Shown here in pieces: positions 13,139 through 27,764 of a stretch of DNA of 64,000 bases. The translations under genes were made by a program, and so were the position numbers. Within the stretch, counting starts at the first letter, position 1; every line of letters begins with the position of its first letter. The notes under the pieces are model-generated. The model saw nothing but the letters and a program-made list of their open reading frames with translations. It was not told the origin of the DNA and did not search any database. This DNA is from Chiloscyllium plagiosum (Eukaryota), in the NCBI RefSeq assembly GCF_004010195.1, contig NC_057750.1, positions 18,045,466-18,109,465 on the forward strand, read 5' to 3'.

Positions 13139-13201
13139 CTGGAGGCATTGAGAATGTGAGTCTGCTTATTTTTTTTGGGGTTACATAACACCACCACACA
13201 C
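13139..13201 (-). CDS. wdr62: Coding exon 3 (CVVVLCNPKKNKQTHILNASR)
   Basis: ttctcctaaaag acceptor, AG|gtaagg donor; 63 bp, phase 2-2. Confidence 0.95.
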
Positions 13202-16200
13202 CTTTTAGGAGAAAAGCAAACAAAACATTATTTGCACAAATATAATTACACAAAAAGACAAAGTAATGCAGATTAGTATTATAAATTACAAATATACTCA
13301 AGGTTAGTCATTTACATAAGACTATCTAGAATAGGTTTAGAGAATATATTTAGAGGCTCAGGACAACTTTAGATCAAAGTACAACATTATTAAGTAAATG
13401 GGAAAACAAGCAGTCATGCCATTTCTAGTGTCTCAATCTTTTCTTGGTCAGTTACAATATGTTGGCTTACTTTTAAATAAAAGGTTGTGTGGTTTGATTT
13501 TTCACTAAAACAAAATCATGAGTAAAACTATTTAACTTTAGATGGCTACCTCCACACTCAGTTATTAAATGGAGTAAAATAGCTATAACCATATAGAATC
13601 CTCGATTCATGATCAAAACTGGCCATATCCCACAAGCACAAGAGCAGACTTAATAAGAAGTGTCATTATTATAGGTTTTTGCAAAAAACAAAAGGTGTCA
13701 GATTGTCTGGATTGCTTTTTACTGACATTGAAAGATCAAATGCAGAGATTTTACAACTTCTGGGCAGATATGACAATATTCACATTGAAAATAAACAACA
13801 TACAATGCATGGCAACAACATAAATACATATAGAGTAACAATACATTGCATGTTTATTTTCAATTCATTGTTGAGATGTATGCAAGGGCAGCATTAATTG
13901 CATCCCCCACAACTGAGGAGCAGAAGTCAAGTTCCTGAATCAATGCTGGGCACATGATGTAGACACACCCAAAGTTCTATAAAGGCGCAGAATCAAGAAT
14001 TTTGACCCAACAATAACTATCGATTAGTGGTGAAGTGGGTAGAAGTTTAAGGTGAAGGATGTGGTGCTGATTAATCAAACTGATTTGTCTTGCATGCTTC
14101 TGTGCTTTAAGAGTCATTTGAATGATATTCATCCAGTGGAGTGCACAGCATTCCATTAGATTTACAACTTGTAGAAGGTGAATAAGCATTTGGTGAGTCA
14201 GGAGACAAGTCACCTCCTGCCAGTCCCAAGCCATCTCAGACTTGCTCTTGTGGCCACGGCATTTATATAGCTGGTCGAGGCAAGTTTCTGAACAACACTA
14301 ACACTCAGGATGTTGATGGCAGGGGATTTTGTGATAGTAATGGTGCTGAGTGGGAGATTAGATTTTTTTTCTTGCTGGTGATCAGTCTCTGGTACAAGTG
14401 TTGTTTGCTACATACTAAGCTTGCATTTTGCTCAAGGATTGCTAAAGACATAAATTGATCCAATAGCTGAGGAGTTGTGAATGGTGTGAAGTATCTGTAA
14501 AATCAAACATTCCTTATAGTTAAGAAACCTTCATTGGTGAAGTACCTGATAGAGGTTTGGCAGGAGACTGGAGCTCTAAACAAACAACTCAAATAAATAA
14601 GTCACATTTTCTTAGAATACACCCTTAAAAAGAAAGAAAAACTGCAGCTGTGAGAAACTGCCTCTGAAACCGATCATGAGCAACAGCAAGAGACGCCAGA
14701 GTTACATGCCTCTAGAATGTCTGTACAAGTTTAGATTTGACAGTGGCAACATGAGAGCAACTCTTAATGGAATTATAATGAAATGTTTTAGGTACAACAT
14801 AAAATTAGTAGATACAGTATACCATAGAAGCAAAAGCTCCAACTTTTGCAGTTAAGCAATCATCATCAGCAAAAAAACTTACAAAACCATATCAAAGCCG
14901 AAAGAAAGGTTTACACAACGCCAAGAGAAAGCAGAAATCCAGCAGAGCCATGCAAAGCAAAAAAGGAACGTATTAAGGAAAAAAAACAAATTTGAAAAAC
15001 TGCACAGAGTATCAAAGGTAGAGGTTTTCATTGTAGTAGTGGGAGAGCAATAAAGGAAATGCGGGTTCTCAACAATTATCTATCACAATTATTGTTTACA
15101 AAATAATCCACAATTGTAGAATTGATTTTTTTTAACCTGGTTACAAGCCCAGCAGGCATTATCTCTGGACGGCATTTGATTAGTAAAGTTGCCATAATCC
15201 CAGGTGACCATAGAGCTATTCTCTCATTACAGTGAGATGGCTGGTGGTGATTTAACCCAAAGGTCATCACACCTCAGGCAAGAAGAGAGGTTGAGAAGAG
15301 TCCTTCACAGTAACTTCAGCTGGAGCAGGTATAGAATCAACACTTTTGGCATCACAAACTAGTGGCTGAGCCAACTGAACTAACAAATCCTATTTAACAA
15401 GGCTCTGCGCAAAACATTATTGAAAAAAAAACATGAAAACATGAACTGACATCAACCTTAAGATATCGGTTGGAAGTTGGTATATTCTGCATTCCAGTGT
15501 AGGATTGTGTTGAAATACCAACAGAGGTTGGTGATTGGTGAAACCAGCCTCTGTATTGAACATCCTCAGTAGCACAATTCGAGGTGGCAATGGGATCTCA
15601 AGTACAGTTTTTACAGTAGTCACTTTATATACAATTTTTACATACATTAAATTTTTAACACTACACTGTTACATAATTGTATCTATTGTACACAGAAGTT
15701 TGAGAGACATCTGTCCTGGGGAAGCAGCAGATGGTTTAAACATTTGCTATCCCTGATAGGATTCGAGTGTCTTTCCAGTCTGCTCACACAATTATGAGGT
15801 GCTAGTCCTTTGTCGTTTAAGTTAGTGAGGTTAGTAAAAATACTAGACCTATATGATCTAAATAAGTTAGAAATTATATATCTACTCAATAAAAATTGAG
15901 GATATTAAACTGATCTACCGCAGCTGGGTCGTGAGATTTTGTTTTACTATAACTGGCTGTGTCAGTTCTTTACTCATTCATTCACGCAGTTTCGATCGTA
16001 AGTTTCTTAAAGAGGGTAGTGGCCCTATTTAATGTGTATTAAAAGGCACTAGTTGAGGAAACTGTTTGATGTTCTGTCATCTATTCAGATCCAGAGTGCC
16101 AGTTGCAAAGGGTTGATTAATATTATAATCTTTCCATAGTTTTGTGCGAGTCAAGGAGACACAATAGTAGGGTTGGCATTGTGCTGACTAAGTGACAACA

Positions 16201-16339
16201 CTAACACTTATTCAGGGGTAGCCTTTGATACAGAAGCAGGTCTAAACACTGCTTGTAACATGGAGCCAATAAGGATCGAAAGGGGTAAAGAAGCAGTAAT
16301 GGGTTGGAAGGGATATTTTAATTTATTTCATCTTGTAAT

Positions 16340-19300
16340 AGTAAAACAGAAATCATGTTTGACAAATCTTCTTAAATTTGAGGATGTAACAAGTACAGTT
16401 GACAAGGATGGATAAGTAGGTGATGTGTATCTGGACTTTCAAAAGGCATTCGACAAGGTTCTGCACAAAGGATTAGTGAGCAAAATTCAAGCTCCTGTAT
16501 CAGAGGTAACATGTTGACATGGATAGAGAACTGGTTGGCTGACAGTTGAAATAAACAGGTCCTTTTCAGAATGGCAGGCAGTGAAGAATTGGGTGCTGCA
16601 GGGTTCATTGCTGGGACCCCAACCATTCACAATATACATTAATGATTTGGACAAGGGAGTTGAATGCAATTTCTCCAAATTTGCAGATGACACTGAACTG
16701 CGTGGCAGAGAGTGAGTGAGTGAGCGTGCGTTGGCTGGTCAGGCAAATACTTATCAAATGCAATATAATGTTGATAAATATTTCAGAGAACATCTCTGGG
16801 ACACATGCACTAAACAACCCCCCTGCCCTGTGACCGAAGACGAACTCCCCCTCCATCAAGGACATCCAAGTCTTGGGCCTCCTCCACCGCAAAGAGCCAC
16901 CCGACGCCTAGAGGAAAAATGTCTTATCTTCGCCTTGGGACCCTCCAACCTCATGGGATCAATGGGGATTTCACCAGTTTCCTCATATACCCTCCCCGAA
17001 CTTTATCCCAGATCCAACCTCCCAACTCGGCACTGTCCATCTTCCTTCCCACTTATCTACTCCACTCTCCTCACTGACCAATCACCTTCATCTATCTATT
17101 GAATCCAGAGCTATTTGTACACCCCCATGCCCATATCTCTCAGCCCCCTTGGACTACCCTCTCATCGCTGAGGACCTCATGATTGAAATGTTGACTCTAC
17201 TGTTCCTTGGATGCTGCCTGACCAGCTGTGCCTTTCCAGCACCACACTCTTCGACTAATGTGGATATATGTCAAGTTATCCACTTTGGTCACAAAAACAC
17301 AGATTATTATCAGAATGGTGGCAGTTTGGGAAAAGGTGAGGTGCAAAGAGACCTGGGTATGATGATGGAACAGTCGCTGAAGGTTGGCATTCACATCCAG
17401 CAGGTGATGGGGAAAGCTAATGACATGCTGTCCTTTATAGAGAGAAGACTGGAGTATCAGAGAAAGGATGTCTTGCTGCAGTTATACAGGGAGGAGATAG
17501 TGAGGACTGCAGATGCTGGAGATCAGAGTCGAGAGTATGGTGCTGGAAAAGCACAGCAGGTCAGGCAGCATTCAAGCAGGGGAAATCGATGTTTCGGACA
17601 TGAAGGGCTTATGCCCGAAACCTCGAATCTCCTGCTCCTCGGATGTTGCCTGACCTGTTGTGCTTTTCCAGCACCACACTCTCGACTGCAGTTATACAGG
17701 GCCTAAGTGAGGCCACATCTTGAATAGTGTGTGCAGTATTGATCTCCTAGTCGGAGGAAGAAATTCTTGCTATTGAGGGAGTTCAGTGAAGGTTCACCAG
17801 ACTGATTCCCAGGATGGTAGGACTGACATATGAAGAAAGAATCGATTGACTGGTCACAGTTCCTTGAAAGTGGAGTTCCAGGTAGATAGACAATAGGTGC
17901 AGGAGTAGGCCATTCTGCCCTTCGAGCCTGCAACACCATTCAATATGATCATGGCTGATCATCCTTAATCAGTATCCTGTTCCTGCCTTATCTCCATAAC
18001 CCTTGATTCCACTATCCTGGAGAGCTCTATCCAACTCTTTCTTAAATGAATCCAGAGAGTGGGCCTCCACTGCCCTCTGGGGCAGAGCATTCCACACAGC
18101 CACCACTCTCTGGGTGAAGAAGTTTCTCCTCATCTCTGTCCTAAATGGTCTAACCCGTACTTTTAAGCTGTGTCCTCTGGTTCGACACTCCCCCATCAGC
18201 GGAAACATGTTTCCTGCCTCCAGAGTGTCCAATCCTTTAATAATCTTATAACTCTCAATCATATCCCCTCTCAGTCTTCTAAACTCAAGGGTATACAAGC
18301 CCAGTCGCTCCAGTCTTTCAGCGTAAGGTAGTCCCGCCATTCCAGGAATTGACCTCGTGAACCTACGCTGCACGCCATCAATAGCCAGAATGTCTTTCCT
18401 CAAATTTGTAAAGGCAGCATTTGGTATGTTTTTGTTTATTGGTCAGAGCATTGAGTGTAGATGTTGGAAGGTTGTGTTACAGCTGTCGAGGACATTGGTT
18501 AGACTATTTTTGGAATATTGCGTGCAATTCTGGTCTCCTTCCTATCGGAAGAACGTTGTGTAACTTGAAAGAGTTCAGTAAAGACTTAAGGATGCTGCCA
18601 GGGTTGGAAGGTTTGAGCTATAGGGAGAGACTCAATAGACTGGGGCTGTTTTCTCTAGAGCATCGGAGGTTGAGGGGTGGCCATATAGAGGTTTATAAAA
18701 TCAGGAGGGGCATGGTTAGGATAAGTAAACAAGGTTTCTTCCTGAAATGGGGGAGTCCAGAATTAGAGGGCATATGTTTAGGGTGAGAAGGGAAAGATAC
18801 AAAAAGGGACCCAAGGGGCAACTTTTTCCACAAAGAGGGTGGTGCGTGTATGGAATGAGTTGCCAGAGGAAGTGGAGAAGGCTGGTACAATTACAGCATT
18901 TAAAAGGCACTGAATTGGTGTAGGAATAGGAAGGGTTTAGAGGGATATGGACCGATAACCTAATATCCTCAATAGGATATCTAGTTGGCATGTTGGACTG
19001 AAGGGTCTATACTCCATACTGCACATCTCTATGACAGGGCTTGTACTCACTGGAATTTAGAAGAATGGGGATTTTGTGGAGGGGAGAGGGGAGTTGGTCC
19101 AGAACTCAGGGTCACAGTCTAAGAAGAGGGGGTTAACCATTCAGGACTGAGATGAGGAAGAATTTCTTCGCTCAGTTGTGAATTTGTGGAATTCTCTGCT
19201 CCAGAAAGCTGTTGGAGCAAGTTTGTTACATAGATTCAAAACAGACGTGGTCATGGCCCTTGAGACTAAAGGGTTCAAGGCATATGGAGAGAAACAGCAA

Positions 19301-19370
19301 TGGGACACTGAAATTGCATGATCAGCCATGCTGCCAGCTTGAAGGGCCTACTCTGCACATATCTTCTATG
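16340..19370 (+). mobile_element. Old CR1 RT/3' end hosting nested insertions (Penelope ~16780-17255, fold-back 17492-17685, CR1 ~17855-19035 containing a young minus-strand CR1 ~17891-18407)
   Basis: YLDFQKAFDKV, QGSLLGP, SKFADDT motifs; host sequence resumes across each insert; ORF 17969-18403 is an intact CR1 C-terminus. Confidence 0.8.
17492..17685. mobile_element. Non-autonomous Penelope-derived fold-back element
   Basis: Inverted arms; 16-bp TSD CTGCAGTTATACAGGG at 17476-17491 and 17686-17701. Confidence 0.85.
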
Positions 19371-19562
19371 TTGTGCATATCTGTCATCTAGTGACAGATA
19401 TTCATGTGGAGGATGACAAGGAGGAAGACATAGGACGGACAAAGTAAAGACACTTCAAAATGTTACAATAATTATACAAAAATTAATTTGCGAAGGAGAA
19501 GTCACTATATAATCAAGCAGAATGGCTCTTGGTTAGTCACATCAAGCAGAGACTTTTCACAG

Positions 19563-19900
19563 TCGAAAAGCGTGGTGGTGGAAAAGCACAGCTGGTCAGG
19601 CAGCACTCGAGGAGCAGAGTCGACGTGTTGAGCATGAGCTCCTCATCGGAAATGGGGGGCCCCCCAAGGGGGCTGACTGATAAATGGGATGGGGTGCGTG
19701 GTGCTAGGGGAAATGTACTTTGGAATGCAATAGATCAAAGTGAAGGGGAAATAAGAAGGAAGCAGTTGTGGCTGAGGTAGCGGTTCTATTTCAGGACATG
19801 GCTGAACAGCGTCAGGGTAAAAGTGATGACCTTGGTGTGCTTTTCCAGCACAACACTCTTTGGCTCTGATCTCCAACATCTGCAGTCCTCACTTTCTCCA
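19563..19900. mobile_element. Penelope-derived element with inverted terminal arms
   Basis: 15-bp TSD AGAGACTT(T/C)TCACAG at 19548-19562 and 19901-19915. Confidence 0.8.
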
Positions 19901-21589
19901 AGAGACTTCTCACAGCCTTACTGCATTTTAAGACTTGAGTAACTCTTGGTCACACCCAAAGTCTGGTTCCACTTAACTTTAGAAACATGTCAAAACCAAA
20001 CTAAACTCTCAGTTACAGGAAATGATCAAAATAGACACACCTATGTTTATCCTACTGTTATGGCATTTAGCTCCAGTCAATTAGATCTTACCTTTATTAG
20101 AATACACTCAAATTAAACCACAATTCTGCACATTATATAATAAAACACTCAAAACTCATTTCTGAATAGTTAATGAAATTCTATAGTACCATCAAAATTA
20201 GCTTAGCTGAGAAGCAACGATAGATATGAGAATGGAAGTCACCAATTTTTCAAGAATGGTCGATTTGATATAACATTAACAATGAACAACACAATAAATA
20301 AGTCATCTTTTAAAATCAAAGTGACTAATGTTTTGCATTCAAACAAAAGCACAATACTGCAAAAGTTGAAAATTCAAAATAAACAGGAATTGTTATAAAT
20401 ATTTAGCAGGTCAGGCTGTTTGGAGAAAGAAAGTTAATGCTGCCAGACTTGCTAAGTTTCCCCAGATTTTGTGCTTGATGTAAACCTTAAACTATTTTTA
20501 GCCCACAAAACTATACTTTTATCAACATCAGACTGCATTTTTCCTGCATTAATCCATATGTTCTTAAACAAGGGAATGAAAGGTGGGAATGTGGACTTGA
20601 GGTTACAATCATATCAAGTCATGACCTTGTTAAATGGTGGAGCAGGCTAAAGGGGCTGAATAGCCTACTCCAATTGCTTGCTCAAGTGGTCATATCTCTT
20701 TCTAATTAGTCTTGCCCTTCTCTAGCCTTAACAAGAATATTTCATTCGAGTATATTTATTTATGCACAAGCAGCACTGCACAACAGCATTAGCAGCAAAT
20801 TCAGAAACAGGACTACACTGTCTAGTAGATCTGTTTCACTGTAGTATGAATTAATTAATTCACATCAACATACCAAAAGAAAAGGGACAGGGCAAGGTTT
20901 GCAGGGTATTAGAAAAACAATAAAATATTAAAATGAGTCACCAGGGCTGTAAAAGAAATTGTCAAAATCTTAAGTCTCAAATGAACACCAGTTAAATGCC
21001 AGTAAGTACAGAGTCATATTAGGTTAGGACGAAACATATTAGGTTAGGTTCACTGGTTCTCACCATAAACTAGTTACCTATAACATCTGTAGTATCCATC
21101 TAGCCTAAATTCATTCTTACCATACGATCAACAGTGTATTTCACCTATTACTGGATACATTTCTTGTACATTCACCAAACTTTTACAGTGTTATATATGA
21201 AAACTTACATGATTGTTCTAAAAATAATCCTACAATTATTATCCGAAATGTAAAACAGTAAGATCCAGTAACAGTAAGATCAATATTAAATGAATCTAAC
21301 ATCTACTATTGTTTGACTCTTTATGATGTGAACTTTTAATTCAGGAGCCACTTGTAAAATACAAATTCCCTGGAGCTGCATGATTCATATATGGAACCGG
21401 AGTTTCAGTAAGTTGATTTCCCACAGGCTCCATTCCATTCTATCTCAAGCTTAGATAGGGTACTGCTCTTTTTCTCACTAATCTTTGCATTTTGACTTTG
21501 GACCATGGGGAGAAAAAAAGTCAAACAGAATGCTTTACTGAAAATCTAAATGCATATTGCCAAGCGCTCTATAAAAGGGGAGTCCTAAG

Positions 21590-22035
21590 AGTCAGAGTCA
21601 TACATCATAGAAAAAAGACTCGTCGATCCAACTTGTCTATGCTAACTAAGTTTCCCAAACTAAACTAATCCCATTTGCCTGTATTTGGCCCATATCCCTT
21701 TCAATCTTTCCTATTCATATAACTGTCCAAATAACTTTTAAATGCTGTAACTGTTGCTGCATCTACCGCTTTCTCTGAAAGTTTGTTCCACAATAAGAAC
21801 CACCTTCTGAGAAAACGTTGCTCCTCAGGTCGCTTTCTAAATCTTTCTCCTCTCACCATGAAAATATGTCCTGCAGTTTTGAACTCCAAGTGTAGAAAAA
21901 AAGACCTTTGAAACCCACCTTGCCTACACCTCTCATGATTTTACAGCCTCTATATGATTACTATTCACCCTCTCATGCTCCAGTGAATAAAGTCCCAGCC
22001 TCTCCATATAACACAAACCATCCAGTCCCAGTCAT
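21590..22035 (-). mobile_element. CR1/HER1 3' end
   Basis: Typical 3' ORF2 tail and UTR. Confidence 0.75.
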
Positions 22036-24699
22036 CGACTTCGTTTTAAAAACTGCTTTGTACAACATTTATATTCTACACTAAGTGTTAGTGCATAGCT
22101 ACAACATTCGATCAATCATTCGAGAGAGAACACCAATTGAATTCTGTACTGTAATGGAAACTGGAGCTAAACTTCATAAGAGACAGTGTCTAATCATTGA
22201 AATCCAAAATCAACATGACTCAAAGAAAATGAGGTTCCATTTCACACTTAGTTCAAGAAAAGCAAACAATACAACATGAAGCAATTTATCCAGTTCAGAA
22301 TACTCCTTCACAAATGCATCCAAGAGTGTAGAACTGCACTGTTAAAATATTCCATATTTAAATGCAGAAAAAGACAGCACTTTTCTAATAGGTCCCACAC
22401 TTCAATAGTCTTTGAAAACTGATCTCTACCCCATGTCCCTACCTCTTAGATAAACAATGCATATTTAGTTGAGTTAATATCAATGTTATGTTCAGAAAGC
22501 AGTAACCCCTACATCAATGTTTCACAGATGCAAAATGGTTTTTGATACTCATCCTTCGGCAATTGAATATTCCCACTGCCTCCTACGTGTTAGTATTCTT
22601 TAACTTGTCAATTACAGATTGAATTTGCATGTTAAGTATAGATCAATAACCAAATCAAATTTGAACCTTCTTAGCAATTCCTCTTGCCCTCTATTTCATC
22701 CAGCAAAATTGAAAGGACTTAGTGCCATTCCCCAAGCATCAACTAAATTAGCATATACCATTAGCTTCCATGTTACCATATTTACAGGCAATCTGCGAGA
22801 TGCGTGACAGTTGTGCAGCTTCTAAGGCTTGTGGTGCAGTGGCAGTATCTGTATCTCACAGCTAGGAGGCCTGGATTCAAGTTTCACGTGTTCCAGAAGT
22901 GTGTAACATCACTGAACAAAATGATTTACAATATCTACAGTTGTGCAATAGGGAAATGGAGGATAGAGTTGGTACAGTTTTTTTTGACACCAGTTTTCAC
23001 CATGATAGAATCGAGGCTGGTAGTTCACATGAGAATCACAACCTGTTTGTTCTTGTGATCCCAGTGATGCAGACCATCGGAGTTATACTTGGTTTATAGA
23101 TTGCGTTTAATTTTTGCAATCAGTTACTGTGGAGGTTAGCCACTAATTGTACACATTTGGCTGCAAATGTTCTTTAACAACAGAATAGAAGTTTATTATG
23201 CAAGAAAGGGAAAGCTATATTTTTCTTACATAAAACAAAATTAGAGATTTTAATAAATAACAAAGTTTCAACTTATTTTGCAGCAACATCCACTTATAAA
23301 GACTCAAATCCCAGAGAAATAGCACCTTTTTCTCAAATATTAAATCGTTTCTTAATTGGCTGTTCCTAGTTCTTTTCACTGGATTGTTGAGACAGTTTAG
23401 GATTCCTCCTCCCTCTCCAGAGCCTGCCGACATGACCTTTCACAATTATGTAGCCAAAAATTTCCTATTCAGTTTGGACAACTACAATACATCTCACAAT
23501 ATGCATGTTTCACAGAATAAATTTACTTCTGCTGAGGTGACAACTTTTCTTGAATTAAAGCTTTTAACCTTCTGCTCTAGGACTACTCATTTTGTTTTGA
23601 TTTTAATGTGTTTTCTCTGCTTATCATAAACTCAGCATGACAAACATTGCATCCATTAACACAGCAACTGTCTGGACAGGCACTTGACTGAAGTCATGTG
23701 CCTTCCTGGAAATTATACCTTTGGATTTTTTACAACAAATACCTTCACAAACTGACTAAAATCATTCAAATACAGTGCCTGGTACTATTCCTTGCATTTT
23801 TCCCAAACCTGCAAACATCCCTCTTAATGGTTAAAAAACTGCACCAAGATTCTGGAATAAGTTCCTCAGTAATGAGAAAAGACAGTTTAGGAGAATCCTT
23901 GGCATGATCACCCCTTTGGCACAGAGCAGGGCTGAGTCCGACAGAAGTCCGAAACATACTTCCAGTGTCCTAGTTGAGAAGTGTTTGGTTGCACAATTGT
24001 GCCAATAGTATAACTTTGAAATTCATTCTGAAATATGTCTGACATTTCATCTGCTCCAAAGACTTTGCTTTATCAGATGTCAACTGCCTTTTTCAACTAT
24101 CTCCGCTCCAGGGTATCCCACAGTCTGAGACAAATGGAGTATCAAAGGAATGGAGTTGAGGACATGCAAATCAAAAACAATTTCAGGTGAGGAGTTCAAA
24201 ACATTGTCCTTCAGTGAGCATTGTCTGCTTCTCTAACCTTGAATTCCTCTCCATGCTGAGTTCTGATCTGGGTGGGCTCTTATTGACCAATATATTAGCT
24301 GGTCTTGACAGAAATGGCACATGCTGATGGTACCCACAAGTTGTTGTATCACCACCATCTTTTAATTATAACCTCAAAGCCTCCCTGAAGAGGTCAAACA
24401 TACCTGCCCAATCAAGGGAGATCCTGCCTTGTGACCAAGCAAAATGCAGAAAGCTCATTCTAAATTGAATGACCACATTGAAAATCATAAAGGTTTGATC
24501 AGAAGTAAAGGGTAGGCATCAGAGGGAGTTCACAAACTAAAACAACTCATCCACCTAATATTGCTCCATATCTGGTGGAGACTGCAGATACACTGGACCC
24601 ATCAGCTATCCTGGAACTTGCTGAACTAAACTGGAAGCAAGTCATCCCCCAGTGAAGGGACAGCTATAATTATGGATACATGTATATCTGCATACAGAC

Positions 24700-27240
24700 T
24701 GGGCAAAAAACAAGAGTCACAGTGGAAGCAATTCCTGAAAAGCGTATGGGATAGTTTTCTGGATCAATACATTGAGGAACCAACTAAAGAACCAGTTTTC
24801 CTGGATTGGGATGAAATGAGATAGGAATAATTGCCAATCTGTGTGAATACCTTAAGGTCGGGTAACCATAATATGATAGAATGTCACTAAAAAAGAAAGT
24901 GATCTAGTTGATTCCGAGACAAGGGCCATGAATCTAAAAAGAGAGGAAACTATGAAGGTATGAGGTGCGGCCTGGCTATGTTTTGCACAAATTTTCTTAA
25001 AGTGAATAGGCAATGGCAAACATTTAAAGAGTGCCGAGATGAACGGCAATGAATGTTAGTTCCTGTCTGGCACAAAACTAAAATGGGAAATGTGGCCTGA
25101 CCAAACTACCAAGGGAAATTAGGGATACTATTAGACTCAAGGAAGGGGCATACAAATTGGTCAAACAAAAATTGCAGCAGCATAACTGAAGATTGGGAGT
25201 AATTTAGATTTCAGAAAAAGATGAAGGGATGTATAGAACACAAGAGCAAGCTTGCAGGGAACATACCTGTAGAAGCTTTTATAAGCAATATGTACATGAA
25301 GAGAAAAATATTGGTGATGATAAATGTTGGTTCCTTACAGTCAAAAACAGTGGAAGTTATAATGGGGAACAAAAAGATAGTTCTGTCTCCACAAGGAGGA
25401 CTCAAATAACATTCCAAATATATTGGGGAATACAGGGGAAGGAACTGAAAAAAATGGTGTTGGGAAAATTAATAGGATTAAAAGCCGGCAAATCCCTAGG
25501 GTCTGATAATCTATGCACTAGGGTGCTTAAAAGGGAGTGAAATAGAAACAGTGAACGCATTGATGGTCATCTTTCAAGATTATACAGATTCTAGAACAGT
25601 TCCAATGAATTGGATGGTTAGTTAATGTATCTAAAATATTATCTAAAACGGAGGCAGAGAGAAAACAGGGAATTATAGACTGGCTAGCTTGACATTGGTA
25701 GTAGGGTCAATGCTAGAGTCCATTATAGAAGGGTTAATAGCATAGCACTTGGAAAACAGTTACAGAATTAGACAGAGTCAGCACGGATTTACAAAAGAGA
25801 AATCTTTACTAACCAATCTACTGGAATTTTGTGAGAATGTAACTAGCACAGTTGATAAGGAGGAGCTGGTGGATGTGGTTTATTTGGACTTCCAGAAGGC
25901 TTCTCATATGATATCACATAAGAGATTAGCATGTAAAATTAAAGCATAAGGTATCCCCATCTTTCAAAAGTTGGCTTTACATCACTTCCTTTTTACGAAA
26001 GACCGACATTAGTACCTGTTTCACGAACCAAAAGAAATCCAAAGAGGATTTTCGCTTTTACAAGGCGAAGTTTTTCCCATATAAATGAATGCTTCTCCAC
26101 TTTACGCCATTGGCTTACGAAAGGTTTCATAGGAATGCTCTACTTTCGGATAGCTGAATGGGGGGGGGGGGGGGGGAGGATATGCACTATGATGACGATG
26201 ATGCAGGGATGCACGGTGGCACAGTGGTTAGCACTGCTGCCTCACAGTGCCAGTGACCTGGGTTCAATTCCCGTCTCAGGCAATCATCTGTGTGGAGTTC
26301 GCACATTTTCCCACTGTCTGCGTGGGTTTCCTCTGGTGCTCCAGTTTCCTCCCACAGTCCAAAATTGTGCAAGTTAGGTGAATTGGCCATGCTAGCTAAA
26401 TTGCCTGCAGTGTTAGGTGAAGGGGTAAATGTAGGGGAATGGGTTTGGATGGTTGGTGTGGACTTGTTGGGCCGAAGGGCTTGTTTCCACACTGTAAGTA
26501 ATCTAATCTATAATAAGGATACTTCCAGATGATTTGATCACGTTGAGAGAATGGGTGAAGTTATGGCAGATGAAGTATAATGTGGACAAATTAGAGATTC
26601 CACATTAAAACACAGAACACTATAAACACAGGAACAGACTCTTCAGTCCACAATGCCTGTGCCACTTAAATAATACCATCTGCATGGATATGGTCTATAT
26701 CCCTCTATTTCCTGCATGTTCATGTTTGTCTAAATTCCTTTTGAAGTAGGTTGCAAAAACAGAAAGGTAAGTTATCTTAATGGCAATAGATTGGGAAAGA
26801 GACCTGGGAGACCTGGAGACCATTGAAAGCAAGCATGAAGGTTCAACAAGCGATGAAGGTACAACAAGCGATGAAGATACATGGCAATGTTGGCCTTCGT
26901 GAAGAATTCAGGATATGACACAGAAATCTACAAAATTCCAGTATTGCTCAGGGTAGGGTAAATGTAGAAATGGCTTTTCCCAAAAACTGTGAAACTCAAA
27001 CCTTGGTCACAATCTAAGGATGTAGGTTGGACTACATGATACTGAGGGTAAGAGAATTTTTTCACCCAGAGGTGAGTCTGTGTAATTTTCTGCCACAGAA
27101 AACAGATGGCCAAAATATTGAATATTTTCAGAAGCAGTTAGATATAATTCTTAGGGAAAGGGCTAAGTTAAATGATTGGACATGATTATAATGAATGGCA
27201 AAGCATGCTTGAATCGCTGACTTTTGCTATTATATTCTGT
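24700..27240 (+). mobile_element. Decayed CR1 ORF2 interrupted by a MITE-like fragment (~25950-26155) and an HE1 SINE
   Basis: QSQHGFTKEKSLLTNLLEF..VDVVYLDFQKA; 3' UTR near 27200. Confidence 0.8.
26206..26510 (+). mobile_element. HE1-type V-SINE
   Basis: tRNA-like head GGTGGCACAGTGGTTAGCACTGCTGCCTCACAG..GGTTCAATTCC, V-domain TGTGTGGAGTT..GGGTTTCC..CAGTTTCCTCCCACAGTCCAAA, CR1-like tail. Confidence 0.9.
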
Positions 27241-27672
27241 TTCTACATTCAACTGGAGGCAACAGACTGAAGTATCTACTTGCTTCTTATTAGAAATATC
27301 AATCTGCTACATCCTAAACACTATGGTTGAGATAAAGAAATTAAAATGGTGCAAATCTGCACCATCTTTTTCATTTGTGGAGTATTATGGAGGTATTTCC
27401 AGTAGCAGTTATACGCCAGCAGACAGCTGTTTAATTTTTTTTAAAAATTGCACAATTTTGGATATCCTACATTATTTATTAAAATGCTTAAATATTGACA
27501 AACAAAATGATGTTTCTGTATTTCTACAGTTATATAGCAGGTAAAATAACCTGCAAAGCAGAGGTCAATGTGCAGAAGTGTTGTTCTGCTTGGTTCTAAA
27601 AGACAGTGCTTGTTACCCAAACTTGTACCATTAATGCTTACACATCAATCCCACAATGCTTTTGCCACTTAC

Positions 27673-27764
27673 CCTGCCGGATATGCCACTACTCCTGTGG
27701 TTAAATCACAGGCTAAACTACTGCTGCTGGAAGCTGTAATTCCAATTACTTTGTCCAGAGTAAT
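27673..27764 (-). CDS. wdr62: Coding exon 2 ([31 protein letters not shown])
   Basis: ttctttctcttcag acceptor, GG|gtaagt donor; 92 bp; aligns with V(T/S)LEKVLGIT...L(A/T)CDP..G.VAY.AG of WDR62/MAPKBP1. Confidence 0.95.

Noticed and set aside
17149..17706. 185-aa ORF
   Set aside because: Chance read-through across Penelope, CR1 and fold-back fragments.
26206..26280. tRNA-like sequence (also ~40060, ~45133, ~22825)
   Set aside because: SINE heads continuing into SINE bodies; no complete cloverleaf.
26842..26880. Short tandem duplications (also ~21016-21049, ~21254-21281, ~48209-48246, ~55902-55940)
   Set aside because: Two-copy local duplications, ordinary slippage or repair scars; not arrays and not CRISPR.
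27515..27575. Splice-like signals suggesting a micro-exon (plus strand ctacag|TTATATAGCAG|gtaaaa; minus strand ttgcag acceptor)
   Set aside because: Exons 2 and 3 already join in frame, the minus-strand donor is weak, and there is no other support.
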